This document shows positions 12,294 through 24,799 of a stretch of DNA of 64,000 bases, piece by piece. The stretch is from Moniliella sp. 'wahieum' (taxonomy: Eukaryota), in contig RSEE01000053.1 in NCBI GenBank assembly GCA_003971905.1, forward strand, positions 1 through 64,000. The letters are read 5' to 3'. Each line of letters opens with the position of its first letter. The first letter of the stretch is position 1. The notes beneath the pieces are model-generated. The model ran no database searches, was not told where the DNA came from, and saw nothing but the letters and a program-made list of their open reading frames with translations. The position numbers and the translations under genes were made by a program.

Positions 12294-14069
12294 ATGGCGT
12301 CTCGCACCCCCTCTTCCTCGCCCGAGTGCGACGACGCGGTGCTCTTCCACATCGACAGCAACGAGTCCCAGGGATTCATTCTTGACACGCAGGGCGACCA
12401 GTTGTTCGCGGCCGATGCGCATTTGCCCCCTCCCCCCAGCCTCTCGTTTCTGCATCACGATCCCGAGCGTGCTGCATCGGACGCAGGTCGCGAGGAGGCT
12501 GATGCTGATGCCGCGCCTCAGGGTCTCCTCCTTCCTGAGAATGCGCGTGTGACAAAGGGTTGGAAGCAGGGCCAGCGGAAGAGGATGGGGAGCGGTACTA
12601 CGACTCGGACGAACAAGCATCCGAGACGGAGCGACGACCGGTGGTGCGTTGTGCGGCTTGTGGCGAAGAAGGTCACATGATGAAAAATTGTCCGCACCAA
12701 CGCTGTCTTACCTGTGGTGCGGTCGACGAGCACAGCACACGCGACTGTACCATGGGCATTGTATGTCACAAGTGCGGCTTGGCAGGCCACCGGATCCGCG
12801 ATTGCACGTACCGTGGACCGCGTCGGAACTTATGTTCGCGTTGTCAATCGCTCCACCATACTGCCACTGCCTGTCCCACCCTCTGGCGCATCTACACCTA
12901 CTTTGATGAGGAAGAGGTGGAGGAAGAACGAGAAGCGTTGTTTGCTGAGGAAGGGCTTGCTCCCGATGGACAAGAGCGGGCAGTGCCGCCACCCGAGTGG
13001 GACTCAGCCACGAGGTGGTGTTACAACTGCGCGGCACGGGGAAACCATTGGGGGGACGATTGTCCCGAACCCCGTCGGATTCCGCTGAGCGATCGAACGG
13101 TCTGGAGCGAAGTGGGAAGTCGTACCGGTCCCTTTACTTCCTTTCTGCCGCCGCCACCGAAACTCGCCCCTTCAATCTACCAGGACGAACGTGCCGCGTT
13201 GCACGAGATGGATCGTGCGGTGAACGAGTACATGGGGCGCAAGCGCATGCGCACGGCCCCGAGGGCAGAAGGGAAGCCTGGGACGCTGCTGCAAGACCGG
13301 CTGGGGGCACGAGGGGAAGGACGTGTACCCTACTCGTACCCACGGGGCGACCGGGGACGGGGCGACGCACCTCGGTCTTCCCGGTGGCCGGGATCCGAAC
13401 TAGGGCGCAGAATGGACTTGGATGCACCTCGCTCCGGAATGGGAAGGGGTGGACTGGACTATGGGGAAAAGGAGGAGGCATCGAAGAAGAGGGAAGATTG
13501 GCCCGAAAGGAAGCGGGCCAAGGTGCAGCAGGCGGATCCGTCGCGGGAAGCAAAACACCGACCTACCGGGACCAAACGGCACCAACCCCCTCCGCCGAAG
13601 CAAGGACCGGTGGGGAAAGATCGGGGTGTTTCCAAGGCCCCGCCTTCTCGAGGCAAGAGTGGGGGTACCCCGGCCGGTGCGCCCGAGTTTGGCAAGAACG
13701 AGGCATTTGCATTCACGTTTGGCCTGGACACAGCGCGGGCAAACGGTAACAGGAGCAGCACGAGTGCCCCTTCATCCGGGACCCATACTCCTCTTGTATC
13801 CGAGGGTGGCACCGAGACTTCGAAGAGCACGCGAAGAGCGGAGAAAGGAGCGGAAACGAATGAAAAAGGCGGCAAAGTCAGAGATGGGACAGGGCAGCAA
13901 AGCTGCTGGGACGAAAGCGATGACGGAGAAGAAGGTCAAGACCGCCAAAAAGGCTCCAAAGGCCCAGAAGGACAAAGCGGCATCCAAGCCGAAGGAGGGC
14001 AAGAAACGTTCTTCCCATACCACCACTACGAAGCACGCACCTCAATACCATGGCAGTCTGGTAGACTAA
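12294..14069 (+). CDS. AIR1: Zinc-knuckle RNA-binding protein Air1/Air2 (TRAMP complex); frameshifted
   Basis: Five CCHC knuckles (CAACGEEGHMMKNC, CLTCGAVDEHSTRDC, CHKCGLAGHRIRDC, CSRCQSLHHTATAC, CYNCAARGNHWGDDC) with the Air-typical CPTLWRIY linker between knuckles 4 and 5. Lys-rich tail in a shifted frame ends at 14069. Confidence 0.85.
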
Positions 14070-14113
14070 ACTCGGGTCGAATTCATCTCGATTCTACCGT
14101 ACCACCAATTGTT

Positions 14114-15640
14114 TCAAGCGAGATCGAGTTCGAGTTCGAGCTGGGCCAACGTTGGGTCCGGGGGCGGGGCGGCGGTCATACGTGCCAGTGCGTAGCCCAG
14201 GCCCAGGTCTGGGTCGAGCTGCATAGGCTGGATCGGCCTGAGAGGCACAGTGGGTGGGGGTCGTTGACGGGTACCCTCAAGCTGCTGAAGGAGAATGGGG
14301 TTGACCACCCACTCTGTAGCTTGTGCCTCGGCCACCTCGACCCCAAAGGGAGCGTGAACCGGCGAACTGGCCCTCCTATCCCCTGTTGTTCCTTCGCTGG
14401 GTTCATTAGTTTCGTTCGCTGCGACAGTTTCTTCCGCCTGCCGTACCGGGCGTAAGGGCAAGACACGAATGGGAAGCGTCCATTCCTGTGCTTCAGGGAA
14501 GATCCCCACTCGTCCTCCACCTCTCCGTGTCCAAAGTGAGTGGCAGCACCCTTGGCTGCGCGGGCGAAAAGGTAGCGATTGTAGTACCCTATTCCCTCTC
14601 CTTGATCGGGGGATGACAAGTCGAAGGGTCAAGGAACGCGTGGAGCCCAGCGTGGAAGAAGAAGACAGAGGCAGAGATAGAGACTCAAGCTGATGATCTT
14701 CCTCTTCTCCATCCTCTGCTTGTCGTAGGTAGCGGGCAAACCTCCATTCTGCCAACGCCACCACGGGCGGGACAGCATCGAGCCAGCGTGTGGCCGAACC
14801 AACAAAATCCGATTTACGATGGAGGACCAAGGTGAGTTGCTGTAGACAGGGAAAAGCCCCGTCCTTAACGAGGGCCAGGAGGGTGGTGAGTAGGTCGGTG
14901 GGGGACCACCCACTCTTCAAGCCAGGAAGAGACAGAACCAAGTGATCCAACTGCGGCAAGTGGCCCATCGCGTGCAACGAGCCCGGACCCAACACCATCC
15001 TCGGACCAATCAGATGGAGATGCGTCAGGCTCACCCACCTTTCGTCCCAGAGACGGTCGCCGCACCCGATCCCGCTCAGCTCGGTGCTAAAGACAAGGTG
15101 ATGCAGTGTCCGGAGCGGGAAGGGAGGAGGCGCTTGCAAAACAAGCGTTTCAAGCGGGGAAGACGATTGAAAGGGACGAGGTCCACAGCCTGTGCCAGCC
15201 TTCGAGGCCCGGCCAGATGATCAAACAACGCACTGCCTCTCGCCTTGCCCCGTTCGTCTGCCGAGAAGGCAGAGGCGTCCGCCAGGCAGACAAGGCACCG
15301 GGTCTGGTACAGCGTCTCGGGCTGCATCGTGGCAGCGGCGAGGGACCAGCGGCGGAGACGCGCGACACTGGTCGTGACCACATGCTGAAGAGATGGGCGC
15401 GGACAACCTCGGCAGCTGCGCGCTCGGTGCAGGCCAGCTGGGTGCGCAGCCAGCGGGGGGAGCGAGCTGGGTGAGGGCGCGACACGGCCATGCGCACCTC
15501 GATGGGCAGCCGCGCGGAGGAGCAGGACGGGTTCAGCAGCTCGATGGTGGTAACGGTCGTCGGCGGCACCGGACGCGGGCTCGAGGGGTGGGCGCCCATC
15601 CTCTCGATCGTAACCGGGACAGCGGGAGCCTCCCCCACCA
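14114..15640 (-). CDS. Hypothetical protein with Leu-rich, LRR-like segments; frameshifted, start uncertain
   Basis: Long minus-strand ORF 14114-15139 (LTHLHLIGP, LPQLDHLVLSLP, LQQLTLVL) continued by upstream pieces. No family recognised. Confidence 0.45.
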
Positions 15641-16415
15641 GCTGGGGGAGATGGTGGCGGCGGGCGCATCCACCCAGAGAAGCGAGAGCGTGAAAGTTTC
15701 ATCCCCCGGGTGTGCAATTTAAACAGCACCCAGATTGGGGTCACGTGTTTGCCATGATAACACCCCATCCTATCGCTCTTCGGTCGGTTGCTTGCAGCTC
15801 GCCGCTGGCGAAGCCCCACCATCGACGGCCACCCTATCCTCCCAACGGCTGATCTATGTCCAGTGCTCGATTGCGTCCATAAAACGTTCTCATTGGGTCC
15901 CATGCCCACACCAGTGCACTCCCCCCTCCTCCGCCCTCCGCTCACGTCGCGCGCGATAAGAATAGCTTTGGGCAAAGCGGAGCAGAGCCGATGCGCCCTT
16001 GCACAAGTGGGTGCTATCTCTTACTCGCTGCTCATATGGCCCCGAGGCCCCCAGTACGGGTGCAGCGGGATGGGGAAGGCAGCTTGAGCTTCGAGCTTTG
16101 GTAACAGCCTGGTCGCCAGCGTCCCCGTCGAATCGGTCACGAGCGTCACACAGAACAAGTTCGCGAGATGTGGTGGGTACTGGTGTATCCCCTCCCCGAA
16201 AAGAGGACCGAGGTAGACGCATATATGCACCCCTTGCAAAAAAACCGCTGTGCTCCTGGCCTGCTCATCTGTGCGAGGCATGTAACAGTTGACACAAGAC
16301 GACTCCCCCCATTTTCGTTCGTGTGGCAATCAGGTTTCTGGGCCTTCTCTGTGGCAACTCTCACCTCTCATCGAGGCTGCGGCTAAAGCTGGTGCCAGCA
16401 TGGTGTGACGAGGTG

Positions 16416-17520
16416 CTAGTCACGTAGCCACGCCTGGTTGGCCGCTTTGCGCGCCCGTTTGCGTGCCTGAAATTCTTTGACTTGCTTTTTGGTCGGATGG
16501 CGATGGACGTCATGAGCAGACCGTTGAACAGCGGTGCCACCGCTGGCTCCATGGGCATACACTTGGTCTCGTGCCCGCTGGGCCAACTGGGATGGATCGT
16601 ACACCTTATCATTCTCCATAGCATCCTTGGGACCTTCAGGCCCATGCGCCTGGGTACGCGCCCATAGCGCGCCATACGCCGATGCCCCCCGCGCCGCAGC
16701 GATTGCTGGATCGTACGTGCCTGGATCGAGATAGGCCAAGTCGGGATCTACCTCCTGAGGGTAGGCGGAGGAAGTGGATTGTGAGAGGAGGGAATGGTCA
16801 TCTTGAGGTTGAAGTTGGGGTTGAGTTGTAGGAGTTGCTGACGTGGTGCGTACTCCAGCAGATGCAGGGTTCGTATGCGGTACAGTCCAGGTCGTCTCGT
16901 TGGTATGGGCATTCCAGTAATAGTATGCCCCCGCCGATGGATCCCAAACTGGTATGGCATAGCACGGGTACAGCAGGGTTAATATGATCCATCACTCGCT
17001 TCATCGAGAAAAGACAACAACAAAACGTACCTGCTCGCCACCCGGCTGCGGTAGCAGCTTGACCCGCTGCCTGAGCCTCGGCATCGGGGGAGGAAAGCTC
17101 CCGAGTCGAAGGGAAGGTGTCATGGCTAGGCAGCGGGGGTTCCTCTTCCAGAAGCGGAGGCTGTTCATCCGGTAGTGGTGGTTGCTCATCCGGCAGCGGA
17201 GGCTCCTCGTCCGGAAGGGGAGGCTCCTCGTCCGGAAGGGGAGGCTCCTCGTCCGGAAGGGGAGGCTCCTCGTCCGGAAGGGGAGGCTCCTCGTCCGGAA
17301 GGGGAGGCTCCTCGTCCGGAAGGGGAGGCTCCTCCCGGAAGGGGAGGCTCCTCGTCCGGAAGGGGAGGCTCCTCGTCCGGAAGGGGAGGCTCCTCGTCCG
17401 GAAGGGGAGGCTCCTCGTCCGGAAGGGAGGCTCCTCATCCGGAGAGCGAGACGCTTTCCGTTTTGGTGGAGGTGCGTATGAGGTAGGAGCGGGTGAGGAA
17501 CGCTTGCGTGATGGCGGCAT
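16416..17520 (-). CDS. WW-domain protein with N-terminal (DEEPPLP)n array; intron 16949-17030
   Basis: Splicing GTACGT...CCAG gives GWRAVWDPSAGAYYYWNAHTNETTWTVP, a WW domain. It is followed by VDPDLAYLDP and a basic C-terminus PTKKQVKEFQARKRARKAANQAWLRD. Confidence 0.8.
17127..17441 (-). repeat. Coding 21-bp minisatellite, about 15 units
   Basis: Unit GACGAGGAGCCTCCCCTTCCG (DEEPPLP). Most copies are identical, the last few are degenerate, and two units carry small deletions. Confidence 0.95.
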
Positions 17521-17957
17521 GGTGGGGAGCGAGCGAGGTGGACGAGCGAAGCGGCAAGGCAACAAGGCAAGCAAAAGCAAAAGGTAAACGAGGTGGTCTG
17601 CCCCAGGCATTAGGTAATCCGCCGCTTGTCAGCGGGACGAAGGAGATGTTCAATTTCAAGTTGCAGCCATGGCGTCGATCTGGGGCAGGAGCGCATCAGC
17701 CTGAGGCTTTGCGCTGGGAGACGGAGGCGACGTGGAGCCTGCCTGGCCTTTGACCCGGTCCGCCCTGCGCCACAGGCAGTTTTCTGTCCACCACCGCCAT
17801 CGCCATCGCCATCCACCCACCACCATCGCCACCGCTACCGTCACCGCCATCGCCATCGCCATCGCCCTTCTTACTTGCCTGGGTTGGCTCTGTGTGTTAC
17901 CTCGCCCAAGTCCTTGACGTGTGTTCCCTTTGCTCTGTCTCGTTCCCCCGCGCCGCC

Positions 17958-18880
17958 ATGACCAGCTCCAATCCCGAGTGGGAAGCTCTGCGGCGCCGGA
18001 TCCGGGTGCTGGAGACGTCGCTGGATGCCAAGTTAGCTCTGTACAGTGGTCTAGCGACGCGCGTTGCCTCGGGCCATTCTGCCACTGGTGCCGCGAGTGG
18101 ACGGCTGCGACGAAGTGGGTACGGTGCGTATCCGCTTTTGAGCGGGGCTAGTGGGGCGGGGTATACCGCGACGGGGGAAGAAGATGATGTGGTGTTGGAT
18201 ATGAGTGTGGGTGGGGCGGCGGCACGAGCAGCACAGGAGGAAGCAGCGGAGATTGCGGATGACGAAACGGAGATGGAGACGTTGTTATCGGAGTTGGCCG
18301 GTGCGGTGGAGCGGATGGAGGAGATGGCGGATCGGGATGGGAGAGGCCTCAGTTCGGTCCCGGTCCAAGCTGCCTTACGGAGACACAGAGAAGTGCTGCG
18401 CGATTTGGAAACCGAGTATGGGCGGCTGCACAGCAACTTGCGCGATGCGCAAGCCAAACGCGATTTGCTCGGGAATGTCCGTTCTGACATTCAGTACGTC
18501 CCCCCCCCCCTTTTTTTCTTCGTCTTTAGGCCTCCATCCAGCCGCCTCGTTGACACGCAATCACCACTTGCCTTGTCAGGTCGTACCGCCAACGGCAACT
18601 TGACGATGCATCGCATCACCTTGCCGATCGAGGCAGGCTGGACAACTCGGGCCGGATGTTGGACGAGGCGACCCAAGCTGCCTACGCGGTACGAGACGAT
18701 TTGGTGGCGCAGCGGGAAACCATGAGTGGAGCTGTGGCGCGGTTAGGCCAGACGGCTGCGCAAATGCCTGGGATCGACAAGGTCATCACGCTGATCAATC
18801 GACGTCGCCGACGCGACTCGGCGATTGTGGGATTGGTGTTGGGGTTGGGCACGATTGCGATTCTGAGCTATTGGTTCTAA
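17958..18880 (+). CDS. GOS1: Golgi Qb-SNARE Gos1/GS28; intron ~18496-18579
   Basis: N-terminus WEALRRRIRVLETSLDAKLALYS, central LRRHREVLRDLETEY and RDLLGNVRSDI, and C-terminal MPGIDKVITLINRRRRRDSAIVGLVLGLGTIAILSYWF (SNARE end plus TM anchor). Confidence 0.92.
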
Positions 18881-19362
18881 GGGAGGAACCATGGGATAGT
18901 TGGGAGCGGCTTGGCTGCTCGCTTGTCCCACGTACCCGTCCCATTTCCCCTGCCATGTGTTGCCACTTATTGATTGTCTCTGCCCGGGAGTGCTACGTGG
19001 CCCCGGGAAGGCTAGTAGGAAAACGCTTTTCCACTGCATTTGCATTTGCGCTATGTAAAAAGCGTCCCATATCTTCCATAATGCATAATATCGTAGCAGA
19101 AAGGCAGTGCGATGGGAGGGGGGGATGGGGGTAAAACAAACGAGAACCAAGTGAACAAGTGAAGATAAACAAAACAAAGGAGAAGGTGACCTTTTTGAAG
19201 AAAAAACATGCGCGAGATAGGAGGGGGGCAGGGTGGGGGGGCGGGGTCAAGACCGTTTCCAAAGGCAGTGGGGACGTTACTCGACTGAACAGCTGGATAT
19301 GCACATGCAACCGATTGGAGAGGGAAAGGCAAAAAGGGAAGATGATCAAAACTGGCGCCAAC

Positions 19363-20059
19363 TCACTTGGCGGCAGCGCGACCAGGAGGGGCGACAAGAG
19401 CACGAGCAGCGATTGTGGGTTGGGCACGAGGAGCCAGACGGCTGCCTCCGTAAATGGGACGACCTGACGCATAGGAGAGATCGCTACTGGTGATTGCGCC
19501 GTTGTAGCCTGGGATTTGACTCAGGGCGAGGATGCCGCCAGAGGTGTAGCCGGTGGGGAGGGGTACGGCGGACGCCTTGGGTGGCCAGTAGCCCGAGATG
19601 GACTGGAGATGGGCCGAGATGGTAGTGAAGCTGATCGAGGAAGAGGTTGATGTGGTGGGGGTTGCAACAGGCACGGTTGGAATAGGATTTGTCGGTGTGG
19701 GCGCATGGGCATGGGAGGAGGCCACCAGGGTGCTGGTCTCGACTGGATCGTCATCATCATCGTACCCAATTACGACGGTGTGGCCACCGCGGGTGCGCGT
19801 CTGGGACCAGGCAAGAGATACGGAGGGATGGGAGGATAAGGCGGAAGGGGAGGAGATCGAGGAAGTGGTGGTGGAGAGATGCGCAACGCCAGGATGAACC
19901 GGGTCGCCATCTTCATCCAAGGAGGCGGTCCATGAAGCCACGAGAGGTCCATGTCGACGACCCGTACTCGTCCTGGGCAAGGACAGTGGGGAGGACCACC
20001 GAGAGAAGGAGGAAGACGGCCGCAACGGTAAGAACGGTGCCGGAGGAGAGAGCACGCAT
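19363..20059 (-). CDS. Secreted, possibly GPI-anchored, Ser/Thr-rich protein; frameshifted
   Basis: Signal peptide MRALSSGTVLTVAAVFLLLSVVLPTVLAQ and a Ser/Thr/Pro-rich body. A hydrophobic C-terminal stretch lies in a shifted frame. Confidence 0.6.
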
Positions 20060-21391
20060 GGAGCAGGAGCGGCCGGGCGGCTTCTGGTGGGGCAAGGATT
20101 GGGGAGGTGGTGGATGTGTGTGTGGAGAGGAAGCGGAGACCCCTGTGCTGGGTATGTGCCAGTGAGTGCATATGGACTTAGGGGAGTTTGATCCAAGCCA
20201 TTTCGGGTGCGGCGTGCTGAGTGGCTGAGCGGCGCCCAAGTGGATTATATTGCCCTAATCACAAAAACGCAAAAAACTGCACTGCATTAGTGTGTGCGCA
20301 CAGGCGCGCAGCCTCAGGCCTGAGGCTGGGGTGTGCGTTCAGGCGCGCGGGGATGCGCAAAGCAATTGGTGCGAGACGATGCGAGGGCTGCTTGAAGATG
20401 ACGATGATGCTCAATGATGCAGAGTGGGTTCTGCCGGAGCACAGAACAGGGGATGGGTTAGGCTGTGAGCCCAACAGGAGGGAGGATTGCGTCGACGTCA
20501 TGAATGACCGCATTGCAATGAGAGGCCATTGGGCAGCAAAGCAGATAGATCGATGAGCGATGGTCGATGGTCGCTATGGTCGGTGACGCTGAGGCCGAGG
20601 GCAGCACTCCAGTTGCGTCATGCGCGTCGTCATGACGCGCATGTGTGGCTGCCGCTATGGGGTGTGCGGGTGGTACTTAAAGGGCACTGGTGTGAAAAGG
20701 GGGGCACACGGGTGGGCCATTGGATGGCTTGCGCCTTGGGTCTGTCTGGCGGGTCTGGGAATGGAGCAAGCTACAGAACTTCAAGTCTGAACTTCGTAAA
20801 AAAAAAAAGCGGACCAAAGGGAGCGCAGGCACGAGGCCAGTGTAAGATACTAGCACGGGGCAACCGCTGGGCGCGGGGTCTGCGTCCGCGGCGGCTTCGA
20901 CGTCATCGATCCTGCATCTTCCTCCCTAGTGCCTACCAACTACCACCAATCAAACAGGACAGGAGCACAACCGACCAGGGTGGAAGCAGACGCATCTCAG
21001 GCTCAGCTCAGCAATCAGGCTCAGGCTGAGCCATCAGCTGATGGCTGATGGCTGATGCTGATGCACGATGCTCGAGATAATCGAGACTGGTAAGCGTATC
21101 CCTATGTATGTCCAACCCACGCAGACGGCAGACGCCTGCAGGCGCGAGTAACAGTGCTGACGTCATCCCCTCCATCCACCAGCACGAATGGTGCATCACA
21201 CGTTCATCACAGCCCACCCCCGGTCACCTGACCAGCCTGCGCGACCCGCTCGAAATTCCGCATGGGCGCAGCCCCACTCGGGACTCGGGCCTCGGACACT
21301 CGGCGCGCTCACCACGCCAGGCGCCAGCAATTCACATCAGGGCAGCAACACTACTAGCCTCGCACTCCTCTGCCCCCCGCCAGTGGCACGT

Positions 21392-23560
21392 ATGATCGGC
21401 CCTGGCCACTCCCTCTGGCCCGCGGATGGACGCCAAGTCACGTCTGGCGCGCCTCAACTGGTGGGCAGGCAAGCTGATCCCGTCCTTGCTGGTGGTCTAT
21501 GGCGTGTAGGTTGCACCCCCTCTCCCCGTGCGCATCAGAGCACTGCAACGCTGACCACGACCATAACCATGACCATGACCATCTCCCGTACCTTGTATCC
21601 TGTCCACCTGCGTACCCGCTACGCTCTCACGCGGCCACACGGTCGCAGCACAGCGTACCGGTGCGTAGTGCGGTACCTCCTGCACCCGCCCAATCCCCCC
21701 CGCACCTTGGGACCCAACGTACTCCGTCTCACCTACATCAACTTCTGGTTACTGCTGACCGTGTCGAGCTATGCGCGGGTATATTGGGCGCGAGCACGTG
21801 GGACGCCCCTGCCGCCTGTGGAGGCTGACTGTGATCCCGATACGGCCGTGCCGCGGTCGCCGTGGGCGTGGGTACGGTGGGTGAGACGTCGTTTTTCCCG
21901 CTTCGCTTCGGGATTCCTTGCCGGCGCCGGCAGACGAGGATGGGTTTGAAGCGGTGCGCAAACATGATTCATCAGTGCGAGCCCGACGGCAGTCTGCCCC
22001 GTTGTTGGCGGGACGGGTGCCAAGGTCGATGGAAACCAGCCCGGTGGGTTTTAGCTACCCTTCCTTCCTCCCCGTGTCTCTTTGTGGGTTCGTGCTGTGC
22101 ACCACGTACTCACCATCTTACCTTTTTGTTTCGTTTTGAGAGCAGAACACGGCATTGTGGCGACTGTCAAACGTGCCGGTTCGGCCTGGACCATCACTGT
22201 CCTTTGGTACGTTCTAACCCGCCCTGCTGCCTCCTATCCTATCCTACCCTACCTACCTACCTACCTACCGCCTCGACCTGATCTGATCTGACGTGATCCA
22301 TTGCGCGCAGTTTGACCATGACATTGTGGCCAAACACCATGGGGAGTTTCCTCCTGTTTCTCGTGAGTGCACCTGCGCTGCTACTGTTCCTTGTACCTGT
22401 GATGGGGCGGTACGCGCTGGAGCAAACGCGGGCGATTGGAACGTTTGCCTGGACCGATGGGAGGATGGAGGAACTGTGGTGGGCCAAGCGATGGACGTGG
22501 CTTGGAGGACCTACGTTGCGTACGGGGGAGCGTTGGTCCAAGCCCAGAAACTGCTCAACCAGACGAACCCCACTCGGCCCTATACCATCTTTCCCCTTGT
22601 TGTGCTCTTCTTTGGCGTGATGCTCAGTACGATTGCGTTGGGTACGTGGTTGGTTCGGGCGCTGGGGGACCGGGGCGGGCGCGAGAGAATACTGACCGAA
22701 CGGTGATGGGGGGTTGGTAGCTTTGTTGTGGATGACCTGGAAACAATCCATTCAGGGCACGCTGGCGATCGATCGCGAACGCGAAAAGTGGTGGCAACGA
22801 AAGGCCCGCCTGGCCAAGCGCCAGGCCGAGCGGCAGCACTCCGACCAAAACCAAGACCAGGACCAAGACCAGGACCAGACCAGGACCAAAACCTAAACCA
22901 TAACCCGTCCCAAGATCATGCGCACGCGCGTGTACAGCCCCCCTCTCCTCTTGTTCCTACCTCTACAGACAGAGCAGGAGAAGTCCGACGGCGAGGATGC
23001 AGCGTGCCGGAGCGAGAGTTCTGCACCAGACACCCATCCCTCGCCCTGGCTCTACTTTGGGTTCCTATCTCTACCTTTCTTCCCTCGGCGGGGAAGCGAG
23101 ACCAAAGCGCGGCCTGACAGTGGCCAACAAGCTGCGCTCGATGTGGGTGGCGTAGTGGTCCGTGTGCACGAGCTGGAGCAACCGTACAAGTGGCCCAGGT
23201 CATCGTGGTTGGCTCTGTTTGAGATGATTGAGTACGTCCTGTCCCCTAATCCCGCTCCCTCCGCCCTCGTCGCTTTTCTTCCTTGGTTTGATCCAGCCAC
23301 GCTCACCTCATCCCATTCCGTCTTGTTATAGACCAGTCCATTCCCCCTCGCCCAGGCCCAATGGCCCCTTGTCCCGTCCACTCAGACCAAGTTGGTGCGC
23401 CAAGCTGCGGCGCAATTTGCCGATCTCTAATCGTACCCAATACCTTAGACCTCACAAGCAAGCCTGCCACTCCTCCCTGCTCAGGCCTCCCTCCTCCCTC
23501 CCCCCCTACTCCTTCCTCCCCCGGACCCCAGACTGCGTAGCTCAGAGGCCTGAATCCTGA
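21392..23560 (+). CDS. DHHC palmitoyltransferase (Pfa-type); multi-intron, frameshifted, ends uncertain
   Basis: CWRDGCQGRWKPAR / TRHCGDCQTCRFGLDHHCP cysteine-rich domain split by introns (~22044-22144, ~22207-22310), flanked by hydrophobic TM segments. Confidence 0.85.
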
Positions 23561-23849
23561 GCTGAACGTTGAGTTCATCAATAATTCAATGTTCGACCCA
23601 GCTCGCGATGAGGTCAATGTCATCGCCGACGGGGATAGGAGATCCTGAGAGATGCGACCAGCATCCAGGTCCAGCATAGAGGCAAGACTGTTTTTCATCC
23701 ATCCATCACCACCACCACCACCACCACCACCACCACCACACACTTTCTCTGAACAATGGGTATCTCCCATTTTGCCGGCGTGTGGAGCTTGCGTTTTTTT
23801 CTGCCAGACGCGGTATCGGGAAAAGCCGATCGCACTACCGAGCGTATAA

Positions 23850-23944
23850 GCTTCAATGGGTTAGTGGTATACTACATCGTTGCCAGACTGGCCCCGTGCC
23901 TGTGAGACATCGATGTGACAGGGGTTCGATTCCCCTTTGAAGCA
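23850..23944 (+). tRNA. tRNA-Gly(GCC) with 24-nt intron (23886-23909)
   Basis: GCTTCAA/TTGAAGC acceptor stem, CATCG-TTGCCA|T-CGATG anticodon arm, AGGGG-TTCGATT-CCCCT T arm, intron at the canonical 37/38 position, followed by a T6 Pol III terminator. Confidence 0.95.
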
Positions 23945-24799
23945 TACTTTTTTACACCACTCTCCCACACCTGGTCAATTTATCTACTGTCCTGGTTAAA
24001 CAAGGCCTACCTCCTCATCTCTCCCCTTTCTTTTTTGAGACACGGCTGAGCACACCCTCATTTATGATTGGACTACTATGTGTTCGACCAGCCTGTTTTC
24101 TTCCTCCGCCTCTCTCCACGGTGCTGCTGCACAGTAAAGGAAGAGCTTTCGCCTACGCCTATACTATGTACATGTACCTCGAGAACATATAGTAACCTCT
24201 CTTTTTATTATTGTGTAATGAGGGCCTCTTTCTCCTTTCCTTTCTTGTCGGTCCAAAGCACCCTGAAAGTAGACAGACAAGTCCCTACGAGGCTCTAGGA
24301 TTGCGAATTTTTACGGCTAGGAGCAGAGAGGTTGGGAAGAACGAGAAGGGGTTGCTCGGGGTTATCTATACCCCCCCTCCTCTACATGAGCCAGGTTTTG
24401 TGGATGTTGTGTCAACTGTTCTTGGCTCTCTTCTCTCACCTTTTTTGTCTTGTTTGCTCTGGAATCCTCTGGACGTTCTGCACACTAGCGTGTGGGTTTA
24501 TGTGGTACTCCCTCAGTCTGGTACCATGAACGGACGAGTGGCGGGAAGAAGGGAGGGGAAAGATTTTCATCCCCATACCGCAAGTTGTGTACTCCAGAAA
24601 CCACGTGCCACACACAAGCTCAGTATTAGGAACAACAGGCGGACAAGCGACAGGTCACCAAGTAAGTATACCAAAAGCCCAACACCACAGAAAACTCTCT
24701 GTTCTGTTTGATCCTCTCTCGCCACCTCCTCCGTCTCCTCTACGTGGTATTACACTTTATAACCCACATATCGCAATGTTGTATCAATGATGCCAACAC

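Noticed and set aside
17127..17441. CRISPR-like array
   Set aside because: The repeats are contiguous with no spacers and encode a peptide repeat in a eukaryotic gene.
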